Below are positions 21,420 through 31,869 of a stretch of 38,931 nt of DNA, in pieces. How positions within the stretch are numbered: position 1 is the stretch's first letter; each line of letters starts with the position of its first letter. The stretch is from Malacoraja senta. Lineage: Eukaryota. The notes below the pieces were generated by a model. The model searched no databases. It had not been told where the DNA came from and saw only the letters and a list, made by a program, of their open reading frames with translations. The translations under genes were made by a program, and so were the position numbers. The stretch is taken from NCBI GenBank assembly GCA_038087875.1, contig JAXLNO010000218.1, forward strand, positions 1 to 38,931. The letters are read 5' to 3'.

Positions 21420-22253
21420 ATATGGCTAGAAGGTTCACTGTTGATTGCACTGTGACTGTAACTTGCCTCAGTCACTGCCACTGAGTGGCTGCATAGCTCA
21501 TGAAACTCCACATCACAGTTGGGGATGGAGGTTATATCACCTAGATTGCAGCAATGGATCACCTCCAGAAGTGGGAATTGACAAACAGTTAGCCGATTTG
21601 ATGATCAGAAGCGGAGATACAGTGCAGAAACAGGTCCTTTGGTGCACTGGGTACCCGCCGACCAGAGATCTCTGCATATTAACACTATCCTACACACACT
21701 AGGGGCAATTTTTACATTTACCGGTGGGCCGAAGGGCCTGTTTCCGTGCTGTATCTTTAAACTGTGCAACACTCTTTCACTGGAGCATCCTCTGAAGCAG
21801 AAGGCGTTAGATGCCCTTGCCATCTTCCATCATCCTTCCCATCTTCTTCACCTTGGTCACTGGTGATGACCCTGATAGACTGGCTGTTAGAGGCCGGCTC
21901 CCTCCTCCCCAGCCAATTTGTTCTTACACCTCGATAAACTGCTGCACACTAGACCAAGGGAAAGCCCACCTTTTAGGAGCACTGCTGTGATTGACAGAAA
22001 TTAAATTGCCGTTCTCCAGTCCTGAATTCATGAGCTCTTTGACAAGCACCAAAGTTCACTGAAATTAAACTTCAAAAAGAAATCCTCCCTGTGATGCTAA
22101 CTGAGTTTCATTATTAACTGGCTCGTTGCCAAGCCAGGCCTTTGTACTGTCCTGGCGGTATGATATTCTGGACGCGTGATCTATTAGTACTCAGAACTGG
22201 GCAAAACACAGACATTTTGCTATTCAGCCAGAAAATGGCAACTTGCAGTGTTG

Positions 22254-22381
22254 AAGATAGACACAAAATGCTGGAGTAACTCAGCGGGGCAGGCAGCATC
22301 TCTGGAGAGATGGAATGGGTGAAAGTTTCGAGTCGAGACCCTTCTTGTCTATTTTGTGTCTATCTTCGATTTAAACCTACA
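22254..22381. mobile_element. Mini inverted PLE pLTR unit
   Basis: 15-bp TSD CAACTTGCAGTGTTG (22239-22253, 22382-22396). Inverted pair AAGATAGACACAAAAT / ATTTTGTGTCTATCTT. Confidence 0.88.
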
Positions 22382-22887
22382 CAACTTGCAGTGTTGGATG
22401 GATGACAAGGGATCTGCCCCAGAGTGAAATATAGCCAGCCGCTGAGTGCCATAAAGCATTAAATCACTCATCCAACTAAACTCATATCTCACTGCTGCTT
22501 GGGGAATTGTTGGCACATACTTTGGTAATACACTGCGTATTATTAGAAAAATGAAGAACCCTTGCATGGTGATAACATAGCCCCATTCAGCCCATCGAGT
22601 TTGTGCTGACTCTTGAAGAGTAAAATAGCAATTTGACCTCCCTTTCCTTCCTTATCCTTCCAGCTACTAGAGGTAGGCCGAGGTTTTGTTCCCGACACTC
22701 TTTAAACAGCTCCATTTTCTCAATATATTGATGTTGTTCGCTGCACACTCATTTGTTGTGAGTCATGTGCTTTGCCCCACCATCAATTCATTGACTAATA
22801 TTGTGGTCTAGAAAATTGCATAACATCAGTGTACGCCAGAAATAATTTTATCTTCATAAAAATCTTGCCATCATTCTGCGATGTACA

Positions 22888-23545
22888 TATAGAGTCATCG
22901 AGCACAGAAACAGCCCTTCGGCCCACCAATTCCATGCCAAGCACCAAATGTCCATTTTACACTAATCCTACACTAATGCCATTTTATTCTCCCCCACGGC
23001 CCCATAGCAGAAGTGTCCACGTTGTAGGGCTGGAAACTGGGAGTATCCTGAGCTAATTCTGCCTCCACCACCATCAACTGTTGCACCAAGTGATGGCCTC
23101 CACTGATTGTCGCCGGAAGCTTGCGTCCTTTTCAGGACGGACGATGACAGCGAGGTCAACATTTGAAACATGGAAGATGGAGATGAAAGAAGAAGATTCT
23201 CCCCACATTCTCATCAACTCCTCCAAGATTCCTTTTGAACATGAACGATATTATTTGTATTATTTGAGTTACTTATTTGTTTGTTTTCCTTTGTGTTTCA
23301 TTTTCTTTTTTTTGCTTATAAGTTTATTTGTGTTTGTATTTTTTAACATGTTCAATAAATAAGAATTAAATAAAAAGATTCCACATCACCTAACAATTGG
23401 GATAATTTACAGCAGCCAATGAATCTACCAGCTCATGAGTCTTTGGGTTGTGGGAGGAAACTAGAGGATCCAGGAGAAACCCATGCAGTCACAGTGAAAA
23501 CATGCAAACTTCACGGAGACATAAGGATTGGACCCAGATTGTTGA
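22888..23545 (-). mobile_element. Fragmented old V-SINE with inserts
   Basis: CR1-like tail at 22890-22930 and V-domain at 23400-23520 (GGGAGGAAACTAGAGGATCCAGGAGAAACCCATGCAGTCACAG). Confidence 0.6.
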
Positions 23546-23627
23546 AGCAAATGTTGCATGCTGTAAATTGTATAAACGCACTAGAACTGACATTCTCAGC
23601 AATATCAATGATTAAATCATTACTTAA

Positions 23628-23830
23628 TAACAACAACTTGCAATTACAAAACATCTTTAATAAAGCAAAGCATTTTTGCAGCAACACCATCAGACAAAAT
23701 TTCACAATGAGATATTAGAATGTGTGATTGAAAGCTTGGATTTAAGTAATGTGAAGGAAGGAGTTAGTGACAGAGACTATTTAAGGAGGAAATTCCAGAG
23801 TTTTGATCTTTGGCCACAGGAGACTGCCTA
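23628..23830 (-). mobile_element. Old L2 LINE 3' end
   Basis: AACAACAACTTGCAATT... tail and GGAAATTCCAGAG (reverse complement LWNFL). Confidence 0.5.
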
Positions 23831-24371
23831 AATATGGTACTTACCAACAACAGCTTTACTGAGTACAACATCCCTGGCTGTGCTGCACCCCATGAGACTG
23901 TTTCCAGACAGAGAGACGGCCACTTCTGTGGGTGGTTATAATATCACATAAAGCTTATTCTTAAAGAATGAGACAGGATTTTGCTGGATTTTAACGCAGG
24001 CTCTCTCCTCTTTGTTGTTTTTGAGATTCAAGGATCTCCGTTTCGTGCAGTAAATCTAAGCATGGTCTTTGTTGATGTTTTTTATCTGTTCATGGATCTG
24101 TTTTGGGTAGGTTGTGGTCCAATACTTGTGTGTGTTTCATGCCTTCCAAGGATGAAGGAATCATGTGAATGGCTATTATGGATGCAGTTCACTGAATATA
24201 ATACCAAGATTTTGAAAAGAAGCACTGGAGTCAGTAGAAGTAATCAGGTCCGCATGCATCAAACGCACACTGCAGATCATAAAGACCAAGGGGAATGGCC
24301 CATGCACATTGGCATCTTTCAGGTAGGCCTTAACCTAAAGGTCCCAATCTGATGCTTGGTGCCTGGAAGTT

Positions 24372-24632
24372 CATAGGCCATTTAGAACGGAGACGAGGAA
24401 ACACTTTTTCTCACAGAGAGTGGTGAGTCTGTGGAATTCTCTGCCTCAGAGGGCGGTGGAGGCCGGTTCTCCGGATGCTTTCAAGATAGGGCTCTTAAAA
24501 ATAGCGGAGTCAGGGGATATGGGGAGAAGGCAGGAACGGGATACTGATTGGAGATGATCAGCCATGATCACATTGAATGGTGGTGCTGGCTCAAAGGGCC
24601 GAATGGCCTACTCCTGCACCTATTGTCTATTG
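24372..24632 (+). mobile_element. CR1 3' end
   Basis: FRTETRKHFFSQRVVSLWNSLP plus a 3' UTR ending CCTATTGTCTATTG. Confidence 0.88.
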
Positions 24633-25245
24633 TGTGAAAGGGAATTAATTATCCTGGTGTTTTGACTAAAATTTGTCAAAGACCACCATCCAGAACGTCG
24701 CTGTTTAGAAAATAGGTGCAGGAGGAGGCCATTCAGCCCTTCGAGCCATGTTTAGAAACATTGTGGCACAGAATGGTGGCTTAGTTGTATACACACTCAT
24801 CAATGAAGTTTAAGAGCAATTCGCAGGGGGGAAAATGGCTGGCTGTGATTATGTATACCTTTGAATGCATTCCAAATATTGTGTTCAGGAGAGCTCAAGG
24901 GGTGGCATTTCACTTACTCATGAGAATTAAAAGTAATGTAAATAATTATAGGGTGTTGGAGGAACCATGAACTGAGTGTACCCAAACTAGTTTGACTAGT
25001 TTAAAGTGCAAACAGGTAACAGCTCTACACCCAGGAGTATAAAAAGAATTGTTGACGTATAAATTTCATTTAAAATTGTGCTACCTTTGAAATCTCATGC
25101 TTTTTAAATTTTAATGTAACAAAATATATCAGAACAACATTTCCTGGATTGCACCCCTTATATCTATCTTATTCATTGCTATCTTGTATGTTCAGACCCA
25201 ACACGCACAATTCTCACCTAATAAGGCCAGCATATTTGAACTCAA

Positions 25246-25425
25246 AGGTACACAAAAATGCTGGAGAAACTCAGCGGGTGCAGCAGCATCTATGGAGCAA
25301 AGGAAATAGGTAACGTTTCGGGCCGAAACCCTTCTTCAGACTCCATAGATGCTGCTGCACCCGCTGAGTTTCTCCAGCATTTTTGTGTACCTTCGATTTT
25401 CCAGCATCTGCAGTTCCTTCTTTAA
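25246..25425. mobile_element. Mini hairpin PLE pLTR unit
   Basis: 15-bp TSD CATATTTGAACTCAA (25231-25245, 25426-25440). Perfect ~53-bp inverted repeat (25245-25297 / 25341-25393) encloses the hammerhead. Confidence 0.92.
25309..25342 (-). ncRNA. Best-preserved minimal hammerhead ribozyme motif
   Basis: Reverse complement AGT-CTGAAGA-A-GGGT-TTCG-GCCC-GAAA-CGTT-ACC: intact core, UUCG-capped stem II and palindromic AACGTT stem III. Confidence 0.7.
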
Positions 25426-25631
25426 CATATTTGAACTCAACTTGTACACATTAACTTTCAGATCCTTAAGAAAAGCTTCCAGCCCTTTAGGAATTAGGCT
25501 GTAATGCAAAAAAGCAAACACTGGAAATATAAATTAATGCACAATAAATGAAAGAAAAAAAGACACAACTTCTATCAGTTTATGAAGTGAAATTTGCAGT
25601 CAAATTGTTTCATCGATTCATAAATTGAACG

Positions 25632-28020
25632 TATTTTAATGCAAGGGGCCTGATGGGTAAGGCAGATGAGCTTAGGGCATGGATAGGTACTTGCGACTGG
25701 GACATTGTAGCCATGACTGAAACCTGGTTAAGGGAGGGGCAGGACTGGCAGCTCAATGTTCCAGGGTACAGGTGCTTCAGGAGTGAGAGAGGTGAGGGGG
25801 TGTTGGGTTATTGGTTGAGGAGGATGTCACGACAGTGGTCAGAGGGAACATTACAGAAGGTTCGTCTGGTGAGGCTATATGAGTGGAGCTGAGGAATAAA
25901 AAGGGGATGATCACCTTGTTGAGGGTGTACTACAGGCCCCCAAATAGTCAACGGGAATTAGAAGAGCAAATGTGCCGGGAGATTGCAGGCAGTAGGTTGT
26001 TGTAGTAGGGAATTTTAACTTTCCCAATAGTGACTGGGAATGTCATGGGGAAAAAGGTTTAGAGGGGTGGATTTAGTCAAATATGTTCAGGAGAGTTTCC
26101 CCTGCAATATGTAGAGGACCCTACAGGGGAGAGGGCAACATTTGATCTAGTCTTGGGCAATTGGGAGGGGTAAGTGGATGAAGTGTTTGTGGATGAGCCA
26201 TTTTTGGGACCAGCGATCATCGTTCTATTAGGTTTAAGATAGTTATGGATAGGGACAGAGCGGGCCCAGAAGTTAAAATGCTAAATTGGGGCAAGGCCAA
26301 CTTTGAGGGTATGAGATAGGAACTCGCTCAAGTTAATTGGAGTAGGTTGTTTGAAGGAAAAGGAACGTCAGGAGAGTGGGTGTTTTTAAAAGTGTACTGA
26401 CTAGAGTTCAGGACATGCACGTCCCCGTTAGGGTGAAGGGCAAGACAGGCAAATGTAAGGACGTTTGGATGACGAGGGAGATTGAGGCTTTGGTCAAGAG
26501 TAAGAAGGAGGCATGGGACAGGTATTGGCAGCTAGGATCAAGTGTATCCCTGGATGAGTTTCGGGAGCTAAGGAGTAAACTAAAAAGGACATTTTTCGGG
26601 CAGGAGATAGCTCTGGCAGATAGCATTAAGGACAATCCCAAGAGATTTTACGTGGATAAAGGGAAAAAGGGTAACCAGAGAGAGTGGTACCCCTCAGGAA
26701 TCAAAACGGTCAAATCCGTGTGGAGCCACAGGAAATAGGCAAGTTCCACAACAAGTATTTCTCCTGTGTTTTAAAATGGAGAAAGTCAGGATGGAGGAAC
26801 TTGGGGTAATCACTGGAAGTGTCTTGAGAGCAGTCAGTATTACAGTCGCAGAGGTGCTGAAGGTCCTGACACGTATGAAGATAGACAAATCTCCCAGACC
26901 TGATCAGAAATATCCTACGACACAGTGGGAAGATAGAGAGGAAATTGTAGGAGCCGTGGCTGAGATTTACGAGTCGTCATTAAATACAAGTGGGGTGCCG
27001 GAAGACTGGAGGCTGCCAAATGTTGCTCTTCCATTCAAGGAGGGCTGCAGGGAAAATGCTGGGAACTATAGGCCGGTGAGCTTTACATCTGTGGTCGGAA
27101 AGTTACTGGAGAGTATTCTGAGGGAGAGGATATACATGGATTTACATGGACAAGGGCTGATTAGGGACAGTCAACATGGTTTTGTACGTGGGAGTTCGTG
27201 TCTCACAAATCTGATCTAGTTTTTTGAAGACGTGACCAAAAAGGTCGATGAGGGCAGAGCTGTAGATGTTATATACATGGACTTCAGCAAGGCATTCGAC
27301 AAGGTTCCACATGGTAGGCTGCTCTGGAAGGTTAGATCGCATGGGATTCAGGGCGAGATAGCTGAATGAATAGAAAATTGGTTTCATGGAAGGAAGCAGA
27401 GGGTGATGGTGGAAGGTTGCTTCTCAGACTGGAGGCCTGTGACTAGTGGTGTGCCTCAGGGTTCGGTGCTGGGTCTACTGTTTATCATCTATATCAATGA
27501 TTTGGATGAGAATGTACATGGCATGATTAGCAAGTTTGCAGATGACACTAAAGTGGATGGTATTGTAGTGAAGATGGTTGTAAACAATTGCAGCAGGATC
27601 TTGATCGGTTGGGCAGGTGGGCTGAGGAAAGGTTGATGTAATTTAATACAGAGAAATGTTGCATTTTGAGAGCACTAACATGAGTACTAACATAACAGTG
27701 AATGGTAGGGCTCTGGGGAGTGTTGTAGAGCAGAGGGATTTAGTAGTGCAAGTGCATGGTTCCTTGAAGGTGGAGTCGCAGGTAGATAGGGTGGTCAAAA
27801 TGGCTTTGGGCACATTGGCCTTCATCAGTCAGAGTATTGAGTATAGAAGCTGTGAGGTCATGTTGCAGAGGCTGGTGAGGCTGCATTTAGAGTATTGCGT
27901 TCACTTTTGGGCACCATCTTATAGGACAGATGTTGTCATTGCAGGAGGATGAGGGGTGATCTTAGAGAGGTGTACAAAATCATGAGAGGAATAGATCGGG
28001 TAGATGCACAGAGTCTCTTT
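25632..28020 (+). pseudogene. CR1 ORF2 (APE endonuclease plus RT), decayed; 3' end resumes at 30869-31183
   Basis: [70 protein letters not shown] and ISKFADDTK, with many stops and frameshifts. Confidence 0.93.
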
Positions 28021-28063
28021 ACGATATATATTAATGATTCCTGAGGCACACCACTAGTCACAG

Positions 28064-29223
28064 TCTCTTTACGATATATATTAATGATTTGGACGAGGGA
28101 ATTGAATGCAACATCTCCAAGTTTGCGGATGACACGAAGCTGGGGGGCAGTGTTAGCTGTGAGGAGGATGCTCGGAGGCTGCAAGGTGACTTGGATAGGC
28201 TGGGTGAGTGGGCAAATGCATGGCTATATTTAAGAGGGAGTTAGATGTGGCCCTTGTGGCTAAAGGGATCAGGGGGTATGGAGAGAAGGCAGGTACGGGA
28301 TACTGAGTTGGATGATCAGCCATGATCATATTGAATGGCGGTGCAGGCTCGAAGGGCCGAATGGCCTACTCCTGCACCTATTTTCTATGTATCTATCTAG
28401 TATAATGTGGATAAATGTGAGGTTATCCACTTTGGTGGCAAAAACAGGAAAGTAGACTATTATCTAAATGGTGGCCGATTAGGAAAAGGGGAGATGCAAC
28501 GAGACCTGGGTGTCATGGTACACTAGTCATTAAAAGTAGGCATGCAGGTGCAGCAGGCGGTGAAGAAGGCGAATGGTATGTTAGCATTCATAGCAAAAGG
28601 ATTTGAGTATAGGAGCAGGGAGGTTCTACTGCAGTTGTACAGGGTCTTGGTGAGACCACACCTGGAGTATTGCGTACAGTTTTGGTCTCCTAATCTGAGG
28701 AAAGACATTCTTGCCATAGAGGGAGTACAGAGAAGGTTCACCAGACTGATTCCTGGGATGTCAGGACTTTCATATGAAGAAAGACTGGATAGACTCGGCT
28801 TGTACTCGCTAGAATTTAAAAGATTGAGGGGGGATCTTATAGAAACGTACAAAATTCTTAAGGGGTTGGACAGGCTAGATGCAGGAAGATTGTTCCCGAT
28901 GTTGGGGAAGTCCAGAACAAGGGGTCACAGTTTAAGGATAAGGGGGAAATCTTTTAGGACCAAGATGAGGAAAACATTTTTCACACACAGAGTGGTGAAT
29001 CTCTGGAACTCTCTGCCACAGAAGGTAGTTGAGGCCAGTTCATTGGCTATATTTAAGAGGGAGTTAGATGTGGCCCTTGTGGCTAAAGGGATCAGGGTGT
29101 ATGGAGAGAAAGCAGGTACAGGATACTGAGTTGGATGATCAGCCATGATCATATTGAATGGCGGTGCAGGCTCGAAGGGCCGAATGGCCTACTCCTGCAC
29201 CTATTGTCTATGTTTCTATGTTT
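28064..29223 (+). mobile_element. Young CR1 3' fragment nested in older CR1
   Basis: [24 protein letters not shown], then an intact frame 28542-29129 and a (TTTCTATG)n tail. Confidence 0.93.
28224..28398 (+). mobile_element. CR1 3' tail inserted within its own subfamily
   Basis: Interrupts WANAW(QMQ)YNVDKC and is near-identical to 29046-29215. Confidence 0.88.
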
Positions 29224-29239
29224 CTTGTGTAGGAAGGAA

Positions 29240-30868
29240 GTCATCTGTGCCCAGGATGAGGTGTTCCATACCTCATTCTTCAGGGAATGGGGGTTCCCCT
29301 CTTCCATCATAGATGACCCATCGTAGGGTCTCCTTGATAGTGTCTCTCGGTGTGTCTTGTGTGGGGGGTGGTGAGGGGGGGGAAAAGGGGGGAACCGCTT
29401 TCGGTCGCCTCCTCCACAGAGAGGCGACTTTTTCCATGTCGCCTCCCCTCTCGCGGCCTAACACCATGGATTGGAGCTGCCTTTCCCGGAGTCGGGCCCG
29501 GAGTTTCAGCAGCGGGCGCAGCGTGGACTTTCCCATCGCGGAGCGGGCGAGCCCTTGCCGGGGGTCGCCAGAGAGGAGTGCTCCGATCGCTGGCCCGCGG
29601 ACTGTTACATCCTGAAGCCGCGGTCTCTGGTAAGAAAGCGCCGATTCGGGACCTCCAAGCCGCGGAGTGTGTTTCGACCATCCCGACGAGAGGACCTGTA
29701 CATCCGGCCGTCCGTAATGGCGACTGCGGAGATTTATGGCCCAGACCACGGGTGAACAAGGAGGAGGACTGACTGTACTTTGTTGCCTTCCACCACAGTG
29801 AAGAATGTTGTTGTGGATGTTTGTGTTAAATCTTATTGTGTATTGTGTGTCCTTTTCTGATTTTACCGCTGCTGGCAAATTCATTTCACTGCACTTATAT
29901 GTGTATGTGACGAATAAAATTGACTATTGATTATATCCCACAGCTCCGCTCTTGCTCCCCCTCCCCAGTTGTAACAGGGACAGAGTCACCCTGGGCCTCA
30001 CTTTCCACCCCAGCAGCCGTCGCATGCAGCTCATATTCCTCCAACATTTTCGTCACCTCCCATCACTCGCCACCCCTTTCTGCAGAGACCGTTCCCTCTG
30101 CAACTCGCTGGTCAACTCATCCCATCCCACCCAAACCACCCACTCCCCTGGTACTTTCCCCTGCAACCATTGGGGAGGCAACACCTGTCCCTAAACGTCC
30201 TCCCTTGACTCTGTCCAGGCACCCCAACAGTCCTTTCAGGTGGGGCAGAGGTCCACTTGTACCTCCTCCAACCTCATCTACTGTATCTGCTGTTCCAGGT
30301 GTCAACTTCTCTACATCGGCGAGACCAAGCGCAGGCTCGGCGATCGATTCGCTGAACACCTGCGCTCAGTTCTGTCTTAACCTACCTGATCACCCGATGG
30401 CTCAACACTTTAACTCCCCCTCCCATTCCCACACTGACTTTTCTGTCCTGGGCCTCCTCCATTGTCAGAGTGAGGCCCAGCGTAAATTGGGGGAAAAGCA
30501 CCTCATATTTTGCTTGGGTAGTTTACACCCCAGCGGTATGAACATTGACTTCTCTAACTTACCTTGCTTTCTCTCTCTCTCCATCCCTCACCCTTCCCAG
30601 TTCTCCCACCAGTCTTACTGTCGTCCAACTGTTTTTTATCTCTTTGCTTTGTTGTTACCTTCTCCCAGCTAACGATGATCTATTCTACATTTCCCTTGAT
30701 CCCCATTCCCTTTTGCCCTATTTTCACATCTTACACTTCCTTAGCTCTGTATCTCGCTCTCCCCCGACTCTCAGGCTGAAGAAGGTTCTCGACCCGAAAT
30801 GTCACCCATTCCTTTTCTCCAGAGATGCTGCCTGTCCCGCTGAGTTACTCCAGCATTGTGTGTCTATC
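29240..30868 (+). mobile_element. PLE (Neptune-like) 3' portion: RT thumb, CCHH linker, GIY-YIG endonuclease, pLTR
   Basis: ICAQDEVFH..FFREWGFPSSII, DRVTLGLTFHP, FPCNHWGGNTCP, LIYCICCSRCQLLYIGETKRRLGDRFAEHL, AQHFNSPSH and LGSLHPSGMNIDFS. Hammerhead at 30773-30807. Confidence 0.9.
29341..29930 (+). mobile_element. GC-rich non-autonomous retroposon with Rex/Babar-like tail
   Basis: CpG-rich body and tail ATTTCACTGCAC...TGTGACGAATAAAATTGACTATTGA. Splits the PLE frame; related to 11965-12230. Confidence 0.7.
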
Positions 30869-31183
30869 TGCCCAGTTTATGAGAATCGAGAACCAGAGGA
30901 CATAGGTTCAAGGTGAGGGGGGAAAGATTTAATAGGAACCCGAGGGGTAACTTTTTCACACAAAAGGTGGTGGGTGTATGGAACGAGCTGCTGGAGGAAG
31001 TGGCTGAGTTAGGTACTAGTGCAACGTTTAAGAAACATTTAGACAGGCAAATGGATAGGCCAGGCTTAGAGGGATTTGGGCAAAGCGCAGGCAGGTGGGA
31101 CGAGTGTAGATGGGGTGTTGGTCACTGTGGGCAAGTTGGGCAGAAGGGCCTGATCGAAACTGTAAGACTCTACGACTCTATCC
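30869..31183 (+). mobile_element. CR1 3' end (continuation of 25632-28020)
   Basis: Picks up after DRVDAQSL with P..ESRTRGHRFKVRGERFNRNPRGNFFTQKVVGVWNEL. Confidence 0.8.
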
Positions 31184-31869
31184 TTTGGTGCGTTCATCAT
31201 TTTCATTTTAACATTCAAACACATTGTAACTCGTTACAGTGTGAAAATAATTAGAGTTTTTGTTTTAACTTTGTAAACTTCCCAAGTGGCTCACCTGTCT
31301 GAGGGTCATTCCATTGAAATCAACCTTGCTTAGGGTTAAACCTCTGCTTGTGCCTGATCATTACCCTCAAATGTAATATTAAACACAGCCGTGTTACATT
31401 ACAATTCTCCCTCTACATATGTATATATATATTGTGCAAATGTCAGAAGACAATGTGATGCCTTGTGTTTGATCAGCAATTAAAATAATATTTTTTCTCC
31501 CAGAGTTAAATATTTTAATTTATTTTGTTTGACTCAGTTAACTGAACACTGATGCAAGTCACACCAACAGGATTTCGGGGACGGTCATTCCACATGCAAC
31601 GCTCCCTTAGGGACATGGCAGGAGGTGTTGGGCCCTCTTGTCCTGGGGACAGCAGATGCTGCTTACCGCTGAGGCAACAGGGGCAGCCTCGTGGAGAATT
31701 GACTGGGACACTTGTGAGACAAGTCTGTTAGTCCCTTTCCATTCATGGACAGCACCACCCTCTCCCCAATCCTGGCGCTGATCCAATGGCTCTGCAGCAC
31801 AGACCCTAATCTGCCACCACTTAGTGACCAAGCACCTTTCTCAACCCAGACAGTCCATCCAAGCAGTGT

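Larger units (their letters stand above)
19149..21611. repeat. Large inverted repeat (arms ~19149-19703 and ~21058-21611)
   Basis: 19149-19340 is the reverse complement of 21420-21611 with about 5 mismatches; the homology continues into the PLE copies. Confidence 0.92.

Noticed and set aside
3606..29223. RT ORFs as a retron, DGR or defence system
   Set aside because: All have non-LTR (L1, CR1, Rex) or PLE signatures with tails and TSDs, and are fragmentary.
29273..29884. Several long overlapping ORFs
   Set aside because: GC-rich retroposon sequence is depleted of stop codons; no recognisable domain.
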